DNA of 64,000 bases from Candidatus Pelagibacterales bacterium (lineage in GTDB: Bacteria > Pseudomonadota > Alphaproteobacteria > Pelagibacterales > AG-422-B15). The stretch spans positions 18,231 to 82,230 of the forward strand of contig JAONQW010000004.1 of the NCBI GenBank assembly GCA_028412835.1. The letters run 5' to 3'. Under the pieces are notes generated by a model. The model had not been told where the DNA came from. It did no database searches and saw nothing but the letters and a program-made list of their open reading frames with translations. The position numbers were made by a program, and so were the translations under genes. Shown one piece after another: positions 25,329 to 35,554 of the stretch. Within the stretch, counting starts at the first letter, position 1. The number at the start of each line of letters is the position of its first letter.

Positions 25329-26192
25329 ATGAATCATAAATTAAAATCATACATTTTACTAACAAGATTGAATAGGCCTATTGGGTCATTATTATTAATG
25401 TTTCCGTGCTTATGGGGCTTAATAGCTGCATGTAATTCAATACAAGATATTAAACAAAATACATTTTTATTTATAATTTTTATTGTTGGCTCTTTTGTAA
25501 TGCGTTCAGCTGGTTGTGTTATAAATGATATTTTTGATCGAAATATAGATACTAAGGTTGAAAGAACTAAATCCAGACCTCTAGCAAGTAAGTCTGTATC
25601 AGTCTATGATGCAATTATTTTATTTATTATTTTATCTCTAATTGGACTTTGTATTCTTTTAAGCTTAAATTTATTATCAATAAAAATTGGATTTATATCT
25701 TTCCTATTATTAATAATTTATCCTCTAACAAAAAGGGTAACCTACTGGCCACAATTTTTTCTCGCTATTACTTTTAATATTGGAGTTCTAATTGGGTATT
25801 CCGCTATAGCTAATAGCATATCAATTGAAATTATATTTATATATGTGGCGGGAATTTTTTGGACCTTGGGTTACGATACAATTTATGCACACCAAGATAT
25901 AGATGATGATCTTTCAATAGGAGTTAAATCTACTGCTATTCTTTTTGGTAATAATACTAAATATTGGGTTGCATCTTTTTATTCACTAATGACACTGAGT
26001 CTTTGCATTTTTGGGATAATTTCATCTCAAAAATTACTATTTTTTCTTTTTTTACTAACTGTTTTTATTCATCAATTTTTACAAATAACAAAATTAGATA
26101 TAAAAAGTCCCGAGGTATGTCTTGCATTATTCAAAAGTAATCAGTATTTAGGGTTACTTATTTGTTTAGCCTTATTATCAAGCTATATTTAG
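25329..26192 (+). CDS. ubiA: 4-hydroxybenzoate polyprenyltransferase
   Basis: RLNRPIG, RSAGCVINDIFDRNID, YDTIYAHQD; ATG 25329 likely start. Confidence 0.96.
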   Translation: MNHKLKSYILLTRLNRPIGSLLLMFPCLWGLIAACNSIQDIKQNTFLFIIFIVGSFVMRSAGCVINDIFDRNIDTKVERTKSRPLASKSVSVYDAIILFIILSLIGLCILLSLNLLSIKIGFISFLLLIIYPLTKRVTYWPQFFLAITFNIGVLIGYSAIANSISIEIIFIYVAGIFWTLGYDTIYAHQDIDDDLSIGVKSTAILFGNNTKYWVASFYSLMTLSLCIFGIISSQKLLFFLFLLTVFIHQFLQITKLDIKSPEVCLALFKSNQYLGLLICLALLSSYI

Positions 26193-26196
26193 TATT

Positions 26197-27528
26197 ATGG
26201 AATTTAAGAATTTAGCAGACCAAATTATTACAAAGACAAAAGTTGCTGGAGCAACTGATTGCGATATTGTTCTAGCTAAGGGAACTAGTAAATCAATTGC
26301 GTATAGATTTGGTAAAATTGAAGATGTTGAAGAATCTTCAGGTAAAACATTTGGAATTAGAGCTTTAATAGGATCAAAGCAATCATTTGTCTCATCTTCA
26401 AACTTTAACGTGAAAAATATAGATACACTTGTAACTAAGGTAGTTGAAATGGCAAAATTAGCTCCAGAAGATGACACTGCATGCCTAGGTGATCCTTCGC
26501 AACTAGAAACAGATTTTGTAGATTTAGATTTATGCCAAGACTACGAGACTGATACAAATTTAATGATTGAAAATGTTAAAAAATGTGAGGATGCCGCTTT
26601 AAGTATTGAAGGTATCAGTAACTCTGAAGGCTCCGGTGCATCTTTTGGAACTAGTGAATTTTTTTTAGCAACAAGTCATGGCTTTATGGGTGGCTACAAG
26701 TCATCAAGCAATTCTATATCGTGTTCAGTTATTGCAGGTGATGGTGTCAATATGGAGAGAGATTACGATTATGCCTCTGCTATTCATTATGAAGATCTTA
26801 ATTTGCCTGAAGAAATTGGCAAGAATGCTGCTAACCTTACTTTAAAAAGAATCAATCCAAGAAAAGTTAGTTCTTGCAAAACCTCCGTAGTGTTTGACAG
26901 AAGAATTAGCAACAGAATAGTTAAGTATGTAGCTGGTGCGATATCAGGAAATTCTATAGCTCGTGGAACCAGTTTTTTAAAAGATAGTTTAGATAAGCAA
27001 ATTTTTAGAAAAGATATATCGATCATTGATGACCCTAAAATTGTAAGAGGTATGAATTCAAGTTTGTTTGATGGAGAGGGAGTTAAAAACAAAAAAACAG
27101 AACTAGTCAGTAATGGTGTTTTAAAAACATGGCTATTAAATACTGCTACAGGTAAAAAATTGAATCTAAAAACAACTGGTCATGCTTCTAGGTCTATTGG
27201 TTCTCCACCAGGTACTAGTACTAATAATTTATTTATGGCAAATGGCATGTTGTCTTTCGAAGACCTAATTGGTTCTATTAAAAGTGGATTTTATGCAACT
27301 GAACTTATGGGTTCAGGTTTTGATCTAATAACTGGAGATTTCAGTGTGGGAGCAAGTGGCTACTGGATTGAAAATGGTGAGCTGGCTTTTCCAGTTAGTG
27401 AGATAACTATTGCCTCAAATCTAACTGAAATGTTCTTAAATTTATCTGCAGCTAACGATTTAGAGTTTAAATATGGCTCTAATGCCCCTACTCTTTGCAT
27501 TGAAGGCATGACTTTAGCCGGAAAATAG
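26197..27528 (+). CDS. pmbA: PmbA/TldE family protein
   Basis: MERDY, FDGEGV, TGDFSVGASG, PVSEITIA. Confidence 0.94.
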   Translation: MEFKNLADQIITKTKVAGATDCDIVLAKGTSKSIAYRFGKIEDVEESSGKTFGIRALIGSKQSFVSSSNFNVKNIDTLVTKVVEMAKLAPEDDTACLGDPSQLETDFVDLDLCQDYETDTNLMIENVKKCEDAALSIEGISNSEGSGASFGTSEFFLATSHGFMGGYKSSSNSISCSVIAGDGVNMERDYDYASAIHYEDLNLPEEIGKNAANLTLKRINPRKVSSCKTSVVFDRRISNRIVKYVAGAISGNSIARGTSFLKDSLDKQIFRKDISIIDDPKIVRGMNSSLFDGEGVKNKKTELVSNGVLKTWLLNTATGKKLNLKTTGHASRSIGSPPGTSTNNLFMANGMLSFEDLIGSIKSGFYATELMGSGFDLITGDFSVGASGYWIENGELAFPVSEITIASNLTEMFLNLSAANDLEFKYGSNAPTLCIEGMTLAGK

Positions 27529-27592
27529 CCTTATTTTAATTATTCAATAATTGGAACAGCAACAATGATACTGTAGAATCATATTTTTATTT

Positions 27593-29320
27593 ATGACAAA
27601 TTCAGAAATTTTAAAACGTCTTTTTAAAGAGAACATAAAACCTCAATTATCTAAATTAAGTACGTCTTTTATATTCATGGTAATTATAGCTTTAGCTACT
27701 GGTGCCACGGCATGGTTACTGGACCCTGCTATAGAAAAAATATTTTTGGAACGTGACGCTCAAATGGTTGTATTAATCCCATTAGGAGTTATAGGGATTT
27801 TATTTATTAAAGGCTTAGCTACCTTCTTTCAAGTTTCGATACTTACTGAAGTTGGACAAAAAATAATTGCGGACATTCAAATTAAAATGTTTACGAAAAT
27901 TACTTATGCTGATCTTGGTTGGCTTCAAATTAATCACTCTGGAAAAATTATAGCTAATTTTTTATATGATGTTAATCTACTTCAATCTGCTGTCAGTGAT
28001 AATTTAGCTAATACATTTAGAAACTTATTAACTTTAATTTGTCTTCTAGGTGTAATGTTTTATCAAGATATAACTTTATCATTAATAGCTCTTATAGCCA
28101 TTCCATTGGTCGCACTTTTATCAAAACGACTTGGTAAAAGAACAAAAAAAGCATCTACAGGCACTCAGATTGAAACTGGTGTATTGGCTTCTTTACTTAC
28201 AGAAAACTTAGATGGAACTAGGATAGTCAAAGCCTATCAACAAGAAGAAGCTGAAATTAAAAAAGTTTCACAATCTATTTATCGAAGAATGCAGCTTCTT
28301 ATTAAAACAACAAAAACAAAGGCAGCGGCGGCACCCTTCTCTGAATTCTTGGCAGGTTTTGGTATTGCTGGTGCAATGTATTACGCTGGTATTAGAGGTA
28401 TTCAAGGTGAACTTCCATTAAATGAATTTATATCTTTTCTTGGCGCGATGATGTTGGCATTTCAACCTTTAAGAAGCCTTGCTCAAGCAAATACTATTAT
28501 GCAGGAAGGTTTTGCTGCTGGTAAGCGAGTTTTTGACCTTTTAGATCAACCATTAGAAGTTATAGAAAAAAATAATGCTAAGGAATTAATAGTAAAAAAC
28601 GGTGAAATTATATTTAAAGATGTCAGCCTTTCGTATGATAAAAAAAATACTGTTTTAAGGAATATTAACTTTAAATTAGAGCCAAATAGTATCACCGCGT
28701 TAGTAGGTCCTAGTGGATCAGGTAAAACTTCAACTTTAAATTTAATACCAAGATTTTACGATCCTCTAAATGGAGAAATTTTAATCGATGGAATAAGTAC
28801 TAAAGATGTAACTTTATACTCTCTTAGATCTTCAGTAGCATTAGTGAGTCAGGAACCAATTCTTTTTGACTTATCAATTAGAGACAATATATCTTACGGG
28901 AAGAAAGATGCTGGTGAAGAGGAAATAATTGCAGCAGCAAAATTAGCGTCGGCTGATGAGTTTATTTTAAATTTTCCAAATGGCTACGAGACTATGATTG
29001 GCGAAAAAGGCTACAGTCTATCAGGTGGTCAAAAACAAAGAATTTCAATTGCAAGGGCCTTCTTAAAAAATGCACCCATACTTTTACTAGATGAAGCAAC
29101 ATCAAGTCTAGACTCTGAGTCAGAATATGAAGTTCAAAAAGCGATCTCAACACTAATGAAGGATAGAACAACTTTAGTTATTGCGCATAGATTAAGCACT
29201 ATTGAAAATGCTAATAAAATTATAGTATTAGATAATGGCATTATTGAAGAAACTGGAACACATAAAGAATTAATCCAGAATAGTGGGTTATACAAAAGGC
29301 TCTATGAACGACAGTTTTAA
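27593..29320 (+). CDS. msbA: MsbA-like ABC exporter (TMD plus NBD)
   Basis: TMD, GPSGSGKT, LSGGQKQR, LLDEATS; upstream of waaA-lpxK. Confidence 0.85.
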   Translation: MTNSEILKRLFKENIKPQLSKLSTSFIFMVIIALATGATAWLLDPAIEKIFLERDAQMVVLIPLGVIGILFIKGLATFFQVSILTEVGQKIIADIQIKMFTKITYADLGWLQINHSGKIIANFLYDVNLLQSAVSDNLANTFRNLLTLICLLGVMFYQDITLSLIALIAIPLVALLSKRLGKRTKKASTGTQIETGVLASLLTENLDGTRIVKAYQQEEAEIKKVSQSIYRRMQLLIKTTKTKAAAAPFSEFLAGFGIAGAMYYAGIRGIQGELPLNEFISFLGAMMLAFQPLRSLAQANTIMQEGFAAGKRVFDLLDQPLEVIEKNNAKELIVKNGEIIFKDVSLSYDKKNTVLRNINFKLEPNSITALVGPSGSGKTSTLNLIPRFYDPLNGEILIDGISTKDVTLYSLRSSVALVSQEPILFDLSIRDNISYGKKDAGEEEIIAAAKLASADEFILNFPNGYETMIGEKGYSLSGGQKQRISIARAFLKNAPILLLDEATSSLDSESEYEVQKAISTLMKDRTTLVIAHRLSTIENANKIIVLDNGIIEETGTHKELIQNSGLYKRLYERQF

Positions 29321-29324
29321 TTAG

Positions 29325-30008
29325 ATGATCAAAAATTTTTTAAAAAATTACTTTATCAAAAAATTTCTTTCTCTTGTTGGTGCGTTGTATGTTTACATTG
29401 TGTATATCTCTTCACAAAAAACATTCATCAATAAAGATAACTTTGATAAAATAATTTTAGAAAATAAATCTTTTATTTATGCTTTATGGCATGACCAGCT
29501 TCTACTTTCTCCATTTACGTGGCAAACTAAAAATAGAATCGAAATTTTGATATCTAAACATAAAGATGGAGATATTATCGCTGACCTTATAAAATACCAT
29601 GGCTTTAATTCCATTCGTGGATCAACAAATAATCCTAATAAAGAAAAAGAAAAAAATACTATTTCAAGTATAAGAAAAATTATCAAAACATTAAAAGCTA
29701 ATATTTCTATCGGTATTACTCCAGATGGGCCAAGAGGTCCAAGACATAAAGTAAGCGAAGGAACTATTAACATTTCAAGAATCAGCAATAAAAAAATTCT
29801 ACCAATGGCACTAGCTTATAAAGAACAATGGGTCTTAAACACGTGGGATAAATTTATTATTCCAAAGCCATTTAATAAAATATGCATAGTATGGGGTGAT
29901 CCAATAGATATAAAAATTAATAAAATAGATGTTCCAATACAACAAGAAGCTTTGGAAAAGAGCCTAATAAATATTACAGAGATTGCTACAAATCATATAG
30001 ACTCCTAA
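29325..30008 (+). CDS. Lysophospholipid acyltransferase family protein (DUF374)
   Basis: WHDQL, ISKHKDG, IRGST, TPDGPRGP, WDKFIIPKPF. Confidence 0.9.
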   Translation: MIKNFLKNYFIKKFLSLVGALYVYIVYISSQKTFINKDNFDKIILENKSFIYALWHDQLLLSPFTWQTKNRIEILISKHKDGDIIADLIKYHGFNSIRGSTNNPNKEKEKNTISSIRKIIKTLKANISIGITPDGPRGPRHKVSEGTINISRISNKKILPMALAYKEQWVLNTWDKFIIPKPFNKICIVWGDPIDIKINKIDVPIQQEALEKSLINITEIATNHIDS

Positions 30009-30010
30009 TC

Positions 30011-31267
30011 ATGCTTCTCAAGATTTATTATTTAATATCTATGTTATTAATCCCTTTTACCGGATTATATATTAGAAGAAGAATTAAGCGAGATAAGGAA
30101 GATCCTAATAGATTTAGAGAACGTTACGGTGAGGCAAGTGTGAGCAGAGAGGAAGGTAAGCTCATTTGGATACACGCTGCTAGTGTTGGTGAAAGTCTAT
30201 CAATATTGCGAATTGTCAATGAATTAGAAAATACAAAATCAATAAATCAAATCTTATTAACTACAGGAACTACTAGCGCTGCAAAGATAGTAATGAATAA
30301 ATTAGGTTCTAAAACTGTACATCAGTATTTACCTTTAGATACCCCTTTATTTAACGCAAGATTTTTAAAATATTGGAAACCTAGTTATGCAATATTTGTT
30401 GAATCAGAGATTTGGCCAAACTTAATTTTACAAATAAAAAAAATGAAAATAAAGCTGGCAATCATCAATGGAAGAATGACTATAAATTCATATAATAAGT
30501 GGTTGCGATTTAAAAAATCCTCAGAATTAATATTTAAAAGTTTTGATCTATGTCTAACTCAAAATAAAGAAAGTTCTCTTTTTTATAATAAACTTGGGAT
30601 TAGCAATACATACTATACTGGAAACCTTAAATTTAGTTCTGATAAGTTTGAAGTTAAAGAAGGCCCCTATAATGAGCTAAAAAAAATATTTAAAGGTAGA
30701 AAAGTTTTTCTTGCTGCCAGCACTCATCCAGGTGAAGAAAAATTAATTTCAGATATAACAAATAAAATAAGAAAAGCTAGGCAAGAATTTATAGCTATAA
30801 TTGTCCCGCGGCATCCTAATAGAAGAAAATTATTAGACCAAATGCCTAATTCAAAAGTAGCAATAAGGTCTGCAAATGGGCAAGTAGATAAAAGTACAGA
30901 TATCTATCTCGCAGATACATTTGGAGAACTAGGAATATTTTACAAGTTAGCAGATTTTATATTTATTGGAGGTAGCTTTGTACCTCACGGAGGCCAAAAT
31001 CCAATAGAAGCAGCATATTTTTGTAATAATATATTTCATGGCAAACATGTAGAAAATTTTCTAGAGGTCTATGAGACTTTAGGCCATCTATCTATTACTG
31101 AGCCAGTAGATAACTTAAGACAATTACAGGTAAAGCTAATGAAATGTTACGATGCACCACCTTCTGACGAAGATGAGTTAAAGAGAAAAATTAATGAAGA
31201 GGCAACAGATATTCTTAAAGATACAATGCATTATCTTAATTCCAATATTTTAAATAATGATATATAA
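30011..31267 (+). CDS. waaA: 3-deoxy-D-manno-octulosonic acid transferase
   Basis: WIHAASVGE, ESEIWPN, ASTHPGEE, VPRHP, GGQNPIE. Confidence 0.96.
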   Translation: MLLKIYYLISMLLIPFTGLYIRRRIKRDKEDPNRFRERYGEASVSREEGKLIWIHAASVGESLSILRIVNELENTKSINQILLTTGTTSAAKIVMNKLGSKTVHQYLPLDTPLFNARFLKYWKPSYAIFVESEIWPNLILQIKKMKIKLAIINGRMTINSYNKWLRFKKSSELIFKSFDLCLTQNKESSLFYNKLGISNTYYTGNLKFSSDKFEVKEGPYNELKKIFKGRKVFLAASTHPGEEKLISDITNKIRKARQEFIAIIVPRHPNRRKLLDQMPNSKVAIRSANGQVDKSTDIYLADTFGELGIFYKLADFIFIGGSFVPHGGQNPIEAAYFCNNIFHGKHVENFLEVYETLGHLSITEPVDNLRQLQVKLMKCYDAPPSDEDELKRKINEEATDILKDTMHYLNSNILNNDI

Positions 31268-32231
31268 ATTTTTAAATAAATTATTTTTAGGCATCTGGTA
31301 TAATAATAATTTTATATTTAAAATTATTTCTTTTTTATTGCTACCTTTATCAATTGTGTATCTCATAGCTTTTAGCTTAAGAACATATTTTAGAAAAACA
31401 CATTATTTTGAAGTACCCATTATATGTATAGGGAATATTGTTGTAGGAGGTTCAGGTAAAACTTCAATTGCTTTAACAATAATTAAAATGCTTCCAAATA
31501 AAAAAATTGTTGTACTACTTAAGGGCTACAAAGGAAAATTAAATGGTACTATTAAAGTAGATAATACTAAGCATTCTGTGATGGACACAGGAGATGAGGC
31601 ACTACTTTACACAAAAGTTTGTGTAACCTATATTTGTTCAAATAGAAAAGATGCAATAGATACGATAATAAAAAATGAAAATCCAGATTTAATAATTCTA
31701 GATGATGGATTGCAAGATAGTTCGATCAATAAATCAAAAAGCATTGTTGCTATTAATGGAAGAAGAGGATTCGGCAACAAATTATTACTACCATCTGGTC
31801 CTCTCAGACAGAATATTTTGTCTACTATCAATAAAGATTATATATTCTTAATTCTTGGTGAAGATAAAACAAATATATCATCTAAGTATAATAATAGTTT
31901 TTTTAAAGCTGAGATCATCAGCGACGTAGATGGCAATAATAGGAAAATAGTTGCATTTAGTGGCATTGGAGATAATGAAAGTTTTTTTCAGACACTAGAG
32001 AATTATAGATTTAACTTGATAAAAAAAATTAGTTTTCCAGATCATTACCATTTTAGTGAAAATGAAATAAAAACTATAGTTGATAACGCAGTTAAAGATG
32101 GATATGAGATTTATACAACAGCTAAAGATTGGGTTCGAATTAACCATAATTATAAAGATAAGATTAAAGAGTTTCCCATTAATTTAGAAATAAAAGAAAA
32201 AGAAAAATTTATTGAAGCTATTTTCAATTAA
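31257..32231 (+). CDS. lpxK: Tetraacyldisaccharide 4'-kinase
   Basis: GNIVVGGSGKT, GDEA, LDDGLQ, LPSGPLR, FPDHY, TTAKD. Confidence 0.95.
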   Translation: MIYKFLNKLFLGIWYNNNFIFKIISFLLLPLSIVYLIAFSLRTYFRKTHYFEVPIICIGNIVVGGSGKTSIALTIIKMLPNKKIVVLLKGYKGKLNGTIKVDNTKHSVMDTGDEALLYTKVCVTYICSNRKDAIDTIIKNENPDLIILDDGLQDSSINKSKSIVAINGRRGFGNKLLLPSGPLRQNILSTINKDYIFLILGEDKTNISSKYNNSFFKAEIISDVDGNNRKIVAFSGIGDNESFFQTLENYRFNLIKKISFPDHYHFSENEIKTIVDNAVKDGYEIYTTAKDWVRINHNYKDKIKEFPINLEIKEKEKFIEAIFN

Positions 32232-32232
32232 G

Positions 32233-33117
32233 ATGATGAAAAAATTTATTAAAGTTTTTATAAAGTATCCTATTGAAGGAATTTTCATAAATTTTGTATA
32301 TTTATTTTTTAAGATTCTACCAATAGATATTTCGAGTAGTACAGGTTCATTTATTGCAAAATCAATTGGGCCAATTCTTTCTGTAAATAAGGTTATTAGA
32401 AACAATTTAGAAAAAGCTTTTCCAGATAAGGATAATAATTGGTACGACAAAATAAATAGTGAAATATGGTCAAATTTTGGACGTGTCACAGCTGAATACT
32501 CACACTTTTCTAAATTAGCATCAAATAAAAATGAACGTATCAGCATAATTGACAATGAATATTCAAGAGATTTTTTTGATACGTCAGTAAAAAAAATATT
32601 AGTATCATCACATAATGCAAATTGGGAAATAATGGGAATTGCTTGCAGAAAAAATTCAGATAAAATTTCTGGTATTGTAAGACAACCTAATAATCCCTAT
32701 GCAAAAAAGATTATAAATAATTTGAGAAATAGATTTAGTGTCACATGCTATGAAAAAAATATGATAGGTACTAAAAATATTATCAATGATTTTAATAATG
32801 GAAATTCATTGGCTCTCCTGTCTGACTTGCGGCTTACGACTGGTTTAGAAAGTAATTTCTTTAATATTAAGTCTAAAACTACCAGTCTACCTGCACAGCT
32901 CGGATTAAAGAATAAATGTAAGATATATTTAGCTTGGGCAAAAAGAAAAAATAAGTCTAATTTTGAAATTGAATTTTTTAATCCATTAAATATCAAGAAT
33001 CTAGATAATACTAAAAAAAATATTCAAGAAATAACTGATGAAATAAATTATTTTTTTGAAAAAAAAATTACTGAAGATCCTGGTCAATACTTTTGGCTCC
33101 ATGATAGATGGAAATAG
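32233..33117 (+). CDS. Lipid A lauroyl/acyltransferase (HtrB/LpxL family)
   Basis: HNANWE (HxxxxE) and PGQYFWLHDRWK; ATG 32233 likely start. Confidence 0.9.
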   Translation: MMKKFIKVFIKYPIEGIFINFVYLFFKILPIDISSSTGSFIAKSIGPILSVNKVIRNNLEKAFPDKDNNWYDKINSEIWSNFGRVTAEYSHFSKLASNKNERISIIDNEYSRDFFDTSVKKILVSSHNANWEIMGIACRKNSDKISGIVRQPNNPYAKKIINNLRNRFSVTCYEKNMIGTKNIINDFNNGNSLALLSDLRLTTGLESNFFNIKSKTTSLPAQLGLKNKCKIYLAWAKRKNKSNFEIEFFNPLNIKNLDNTKKNIQEITDEINYFFEKKITEDPGQYFWLHDRWK

Positions 33118-33148
33118 AACACAATGAATAGAATTGAAAAAGTTAAGC

Positions 33149-33949
33149 TTATTGATTAACTAAAAGTTGTGGATCAACATACTGATTAAACCACATTACA
33201 CCCCAATGTAAATGTGGGCCAGTTGATCTACCAGTTGAGCCAACTTTACCAATCATTTCACCTTTACTTACTTTTTGTTGTGTGACTACATCTACAGATG
33301 ACAAATGTGCATAAATTGATTTAACCCCATGCCCATGATCAATTATTATTGTTCCTCCAGTATAATAAAGATTATCTTCAGCTAGCGTTACTATGCCATC
33401 GTTTGTAGATAGTATAATTTGACCTTCTGGTGCAGCAATATCTAGGCCTTTATGTGGACTTTTAGGAATATCGTTCAAAATTCTCTGACTTCCAAATACA
33501 CCCGATATGATGCCATCTGTAGGCATTAAAAAATTTTTTTTGAAAAAAGTATTATCTAAATCTAGCTCTTTAGCTTTGACAATGATCTTATTGTCAGCAA
33601 TTATTCTTTTAATTACCTCCTCATCTGGTGTGACCATTTTTTTTGGAAGCCCATTAATTCTTTGAATTTCATAATCTCTTTTAATAACTTTAATTTGATT
33701 AATTGAGACTATTTTATCATTTTCTAATACAGAAATATTCATAGGGCCAATTTCATCTCTATCAACTGCAAAGACAAAATACTTATCATTACTTAGCTTT
33801 ATACTATTACCATTAAGTTGTAATGTATCTCCTGTTTCTAATTGACCAACTACTAGCGCTCCCTGTAAAACTGAGCTAGGTAAAATTTTTGAGTGAGCAA
33901 AATTTGAATAGAGAATACTTATAAAAACTAATAAGAGTTTAAATTTCAT
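33149..33949 (-). CDS. M23 family metallopeptidase
   Basis: Signal peptide, HKGLDIA (HxxxD), STGPHLHW (HxH). Confidence 0.93.
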   Translation of the reverse strand: MKFKLLLVFISILYSNFAHSKILPSSVLQGALVVGQLETGDTLQLNGNSIKLSNDKYFVFAVDRDEIGPMNISVLENDKIVSINQIKVIKRDYEIQRINGLPKKMVTPDEEVIKRIIADNKIIVKAKELDLDNTFFKKNFLMPTDGIISGVFGSQRILNDIPKSPHKGLDIAAPEGQIILSTNDGIVTLAEDNLYYTGGTIIIDHGHGVKSIYAHLSSVDVVTQQKVSKGEMIGKVGSTGRSTGPHLHWGVMWFNQYVDPQLLVNQ

Positions 33950-34145
33950 TTAGATCTTTATATCTTTGTAATGCAATTTTAGGAGATGCATATACTTCCT
34001 GATTATCTACATTCCAATATTTTAGTTCTTCAATCGGAATTATTTCTTTTGTAATAGAACATAGCACATGATCTCCATTTTTGGTAAACTGAAAGCTACC
34101 ATGATCAAGAACTATTTCTGCTAAAATTTTTTTACTATTGTTCAT
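33939..34145 (-). CDS. DUF2093 family protein
   Basis: GDHVLCSIT...IPIEELKYWNVDNQEVY; usual neighbour of xseA. Confidence 0.85.
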   Translation of the reverse strand: MNNSKKILAEIVLDHGSFQFTKNGDHVLCSITKEIIPIEELKYWNVDNQEVYASPKIALQRYKDLNEI

Positions 34146-35499
34146 CTTTTATTTCAGCATTAATTATACCAAATTTTGTTTCTATACTTAACTTATTATC
34201 TCTTATTATATCAGTTTTTTTACCAATTACTCTATTTGAACTATTCCGAATGACGGCAAAGCCTCTCTTTATTACTGATTTATAACTCAGGCTTTCAAGA
34301 AGCTTCGTGGCTGAATTAACTCTATTTGAATAAGATGTGAAATTGTTCTTATTGTTATTCAGAAATTGATTTGTAATGCCTAATAATGAATTTTGATTGT
34401 TTTTAATTGTTTCTTTTAAAATATTGAGATTTAATTTTGACCCTGAATTCTGAAAATTTGAAATTTCTTTCTGAATGAAAATCTTCAAAGACAACGGCAA
34501 TCTTTGCTTTAAATTATTTAATTCATTTAATTTTAAATTGAATAAGTCTTTATGATCAGGAAAAAGTTTTTGAACGCTTAGGATTCTTTCTCTTGCTATA
34601 TTAATTAAATTTTTGATACTATAATTCAATCTACTCTCATTTTCACTTAGCTCCGTAAATAGTATATCTTTTGAAGGAGTTGCTATTTCTGCTGCTGCTG
34701 TTGGTGTTGGAGCTCTTATGTCCGATACATAGTCCACAAGAGTTGTATCAGTTTCATGTCCAACTGCAGAAATTAGAGGAATGCTACTATCAAAAACCGC
34801 ACGAACTATTCTTTCTTCATTAAAGCACCATAGATCCTCTATACTACCTCCACCTCTAGCTAAAATTAAAACCTCAGGTTTTGAAATTTTTGAAGTTTTG
34901 TCGATTTTATTAAATCCTCGAATAGCATTTTCAATTAATTCAGCTGCATCATTTCCTTGAACAGGAACCGGCCATAAAATTATATTACAGGGGAACCTCT
35001 CTGAAACACGGTGCTTAATATCCTGAAGCACAGCACCAGTTGGAGATGTAATTACTCCGATTGTTGATGGGTATTTTGGTATACTTTTTTTGTGATGGAT
35101 TTCAAATAAGCCCTCAGATTTTAATTTTGCTTTTCTCTCTTCTAAAATAGCCATCAAAGCACCTGCACCAGCCGGTTTCATGGTATCTATAGTTATCTGA
35201 TAATTAGATCTTCCAGCGTATCTCCCTGGATTGTATCCTGTGCTAATCTTTCCTGTACATATAACCTCCAAACCTTCTTCTGGACGAATTTTTATTTTAG
35301 CAACACTGCTTCTCCAGATAATTCCATTGATTACAGCATTTTCATCTTTTAAGGTTAAGTAAATATGGCCAGATGAATGATTGTTAATACCAGACAATTC
35401 ACCTTTAATCCGAACATAGCCAAATTTATCTTCAATTGTACTTTTTAAGGCAGTTGATAATTCAGTTACTGAATACTCTGGTATATTTTCTTTGGTCAT
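34135..35499 (-). CDS. xseA: Exodeoxyribonuclease VII large subunit
   Basis: SGHIYLTLKD, ITSPTGAV, RGGGSIEDL, SAVGHETD, PTPTAAAE. Confidence 0.97.
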   Translation of the reverse strand: MTKENIPEYSVTELSTALKSTIEDKFGYVRIKGELSGINNHSSGHIYLTLKDENAVINGIIWRSSVAKIKIRPEEGLEVICTGKISTGYNPGRYAGRSNYQITIDTMKPAGAGALMAILEERKAKLKSEGLFEIHHKKSIPKYPSTIGVITSPTGAVLQDIKHRVSERFPCNIILWPVPVQGNDAAELIENAIRGFNKIDKTSKISKPEVLILARGGGSIEDLWCFNEERIVRAVFDSSIPLISAVGHETDTTLVDYVSDIRAPTPTAAAEIATPSKDILFTELSENESRLNYSIKNLINIARERILSVQKLFPDHKDLFNLKLNELNNLKQRLPLSLKIFIQKEISNFQNSGSKLNLNILKETIKNNQNSLLGITNQFLNNNKNNFTSYSNRVNSATKLLESLSYKSVIKRGFAVIRNSSNRVIGKKTDIIRDNKLSIETKFGIINAEIKDEQ

Positions 35500-35554
35500 T
35501 TTTTTAATATAAACTAATATATATTATCATACTAAATAGTCTAAAAAGAATATT

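Noticed and set aside
21781..27528. tldD and pmbA as RiPP maturation genes for the lipopeptides
   Set aside because: Both are in standard core positions, more than 14 kb from the peptide genes.
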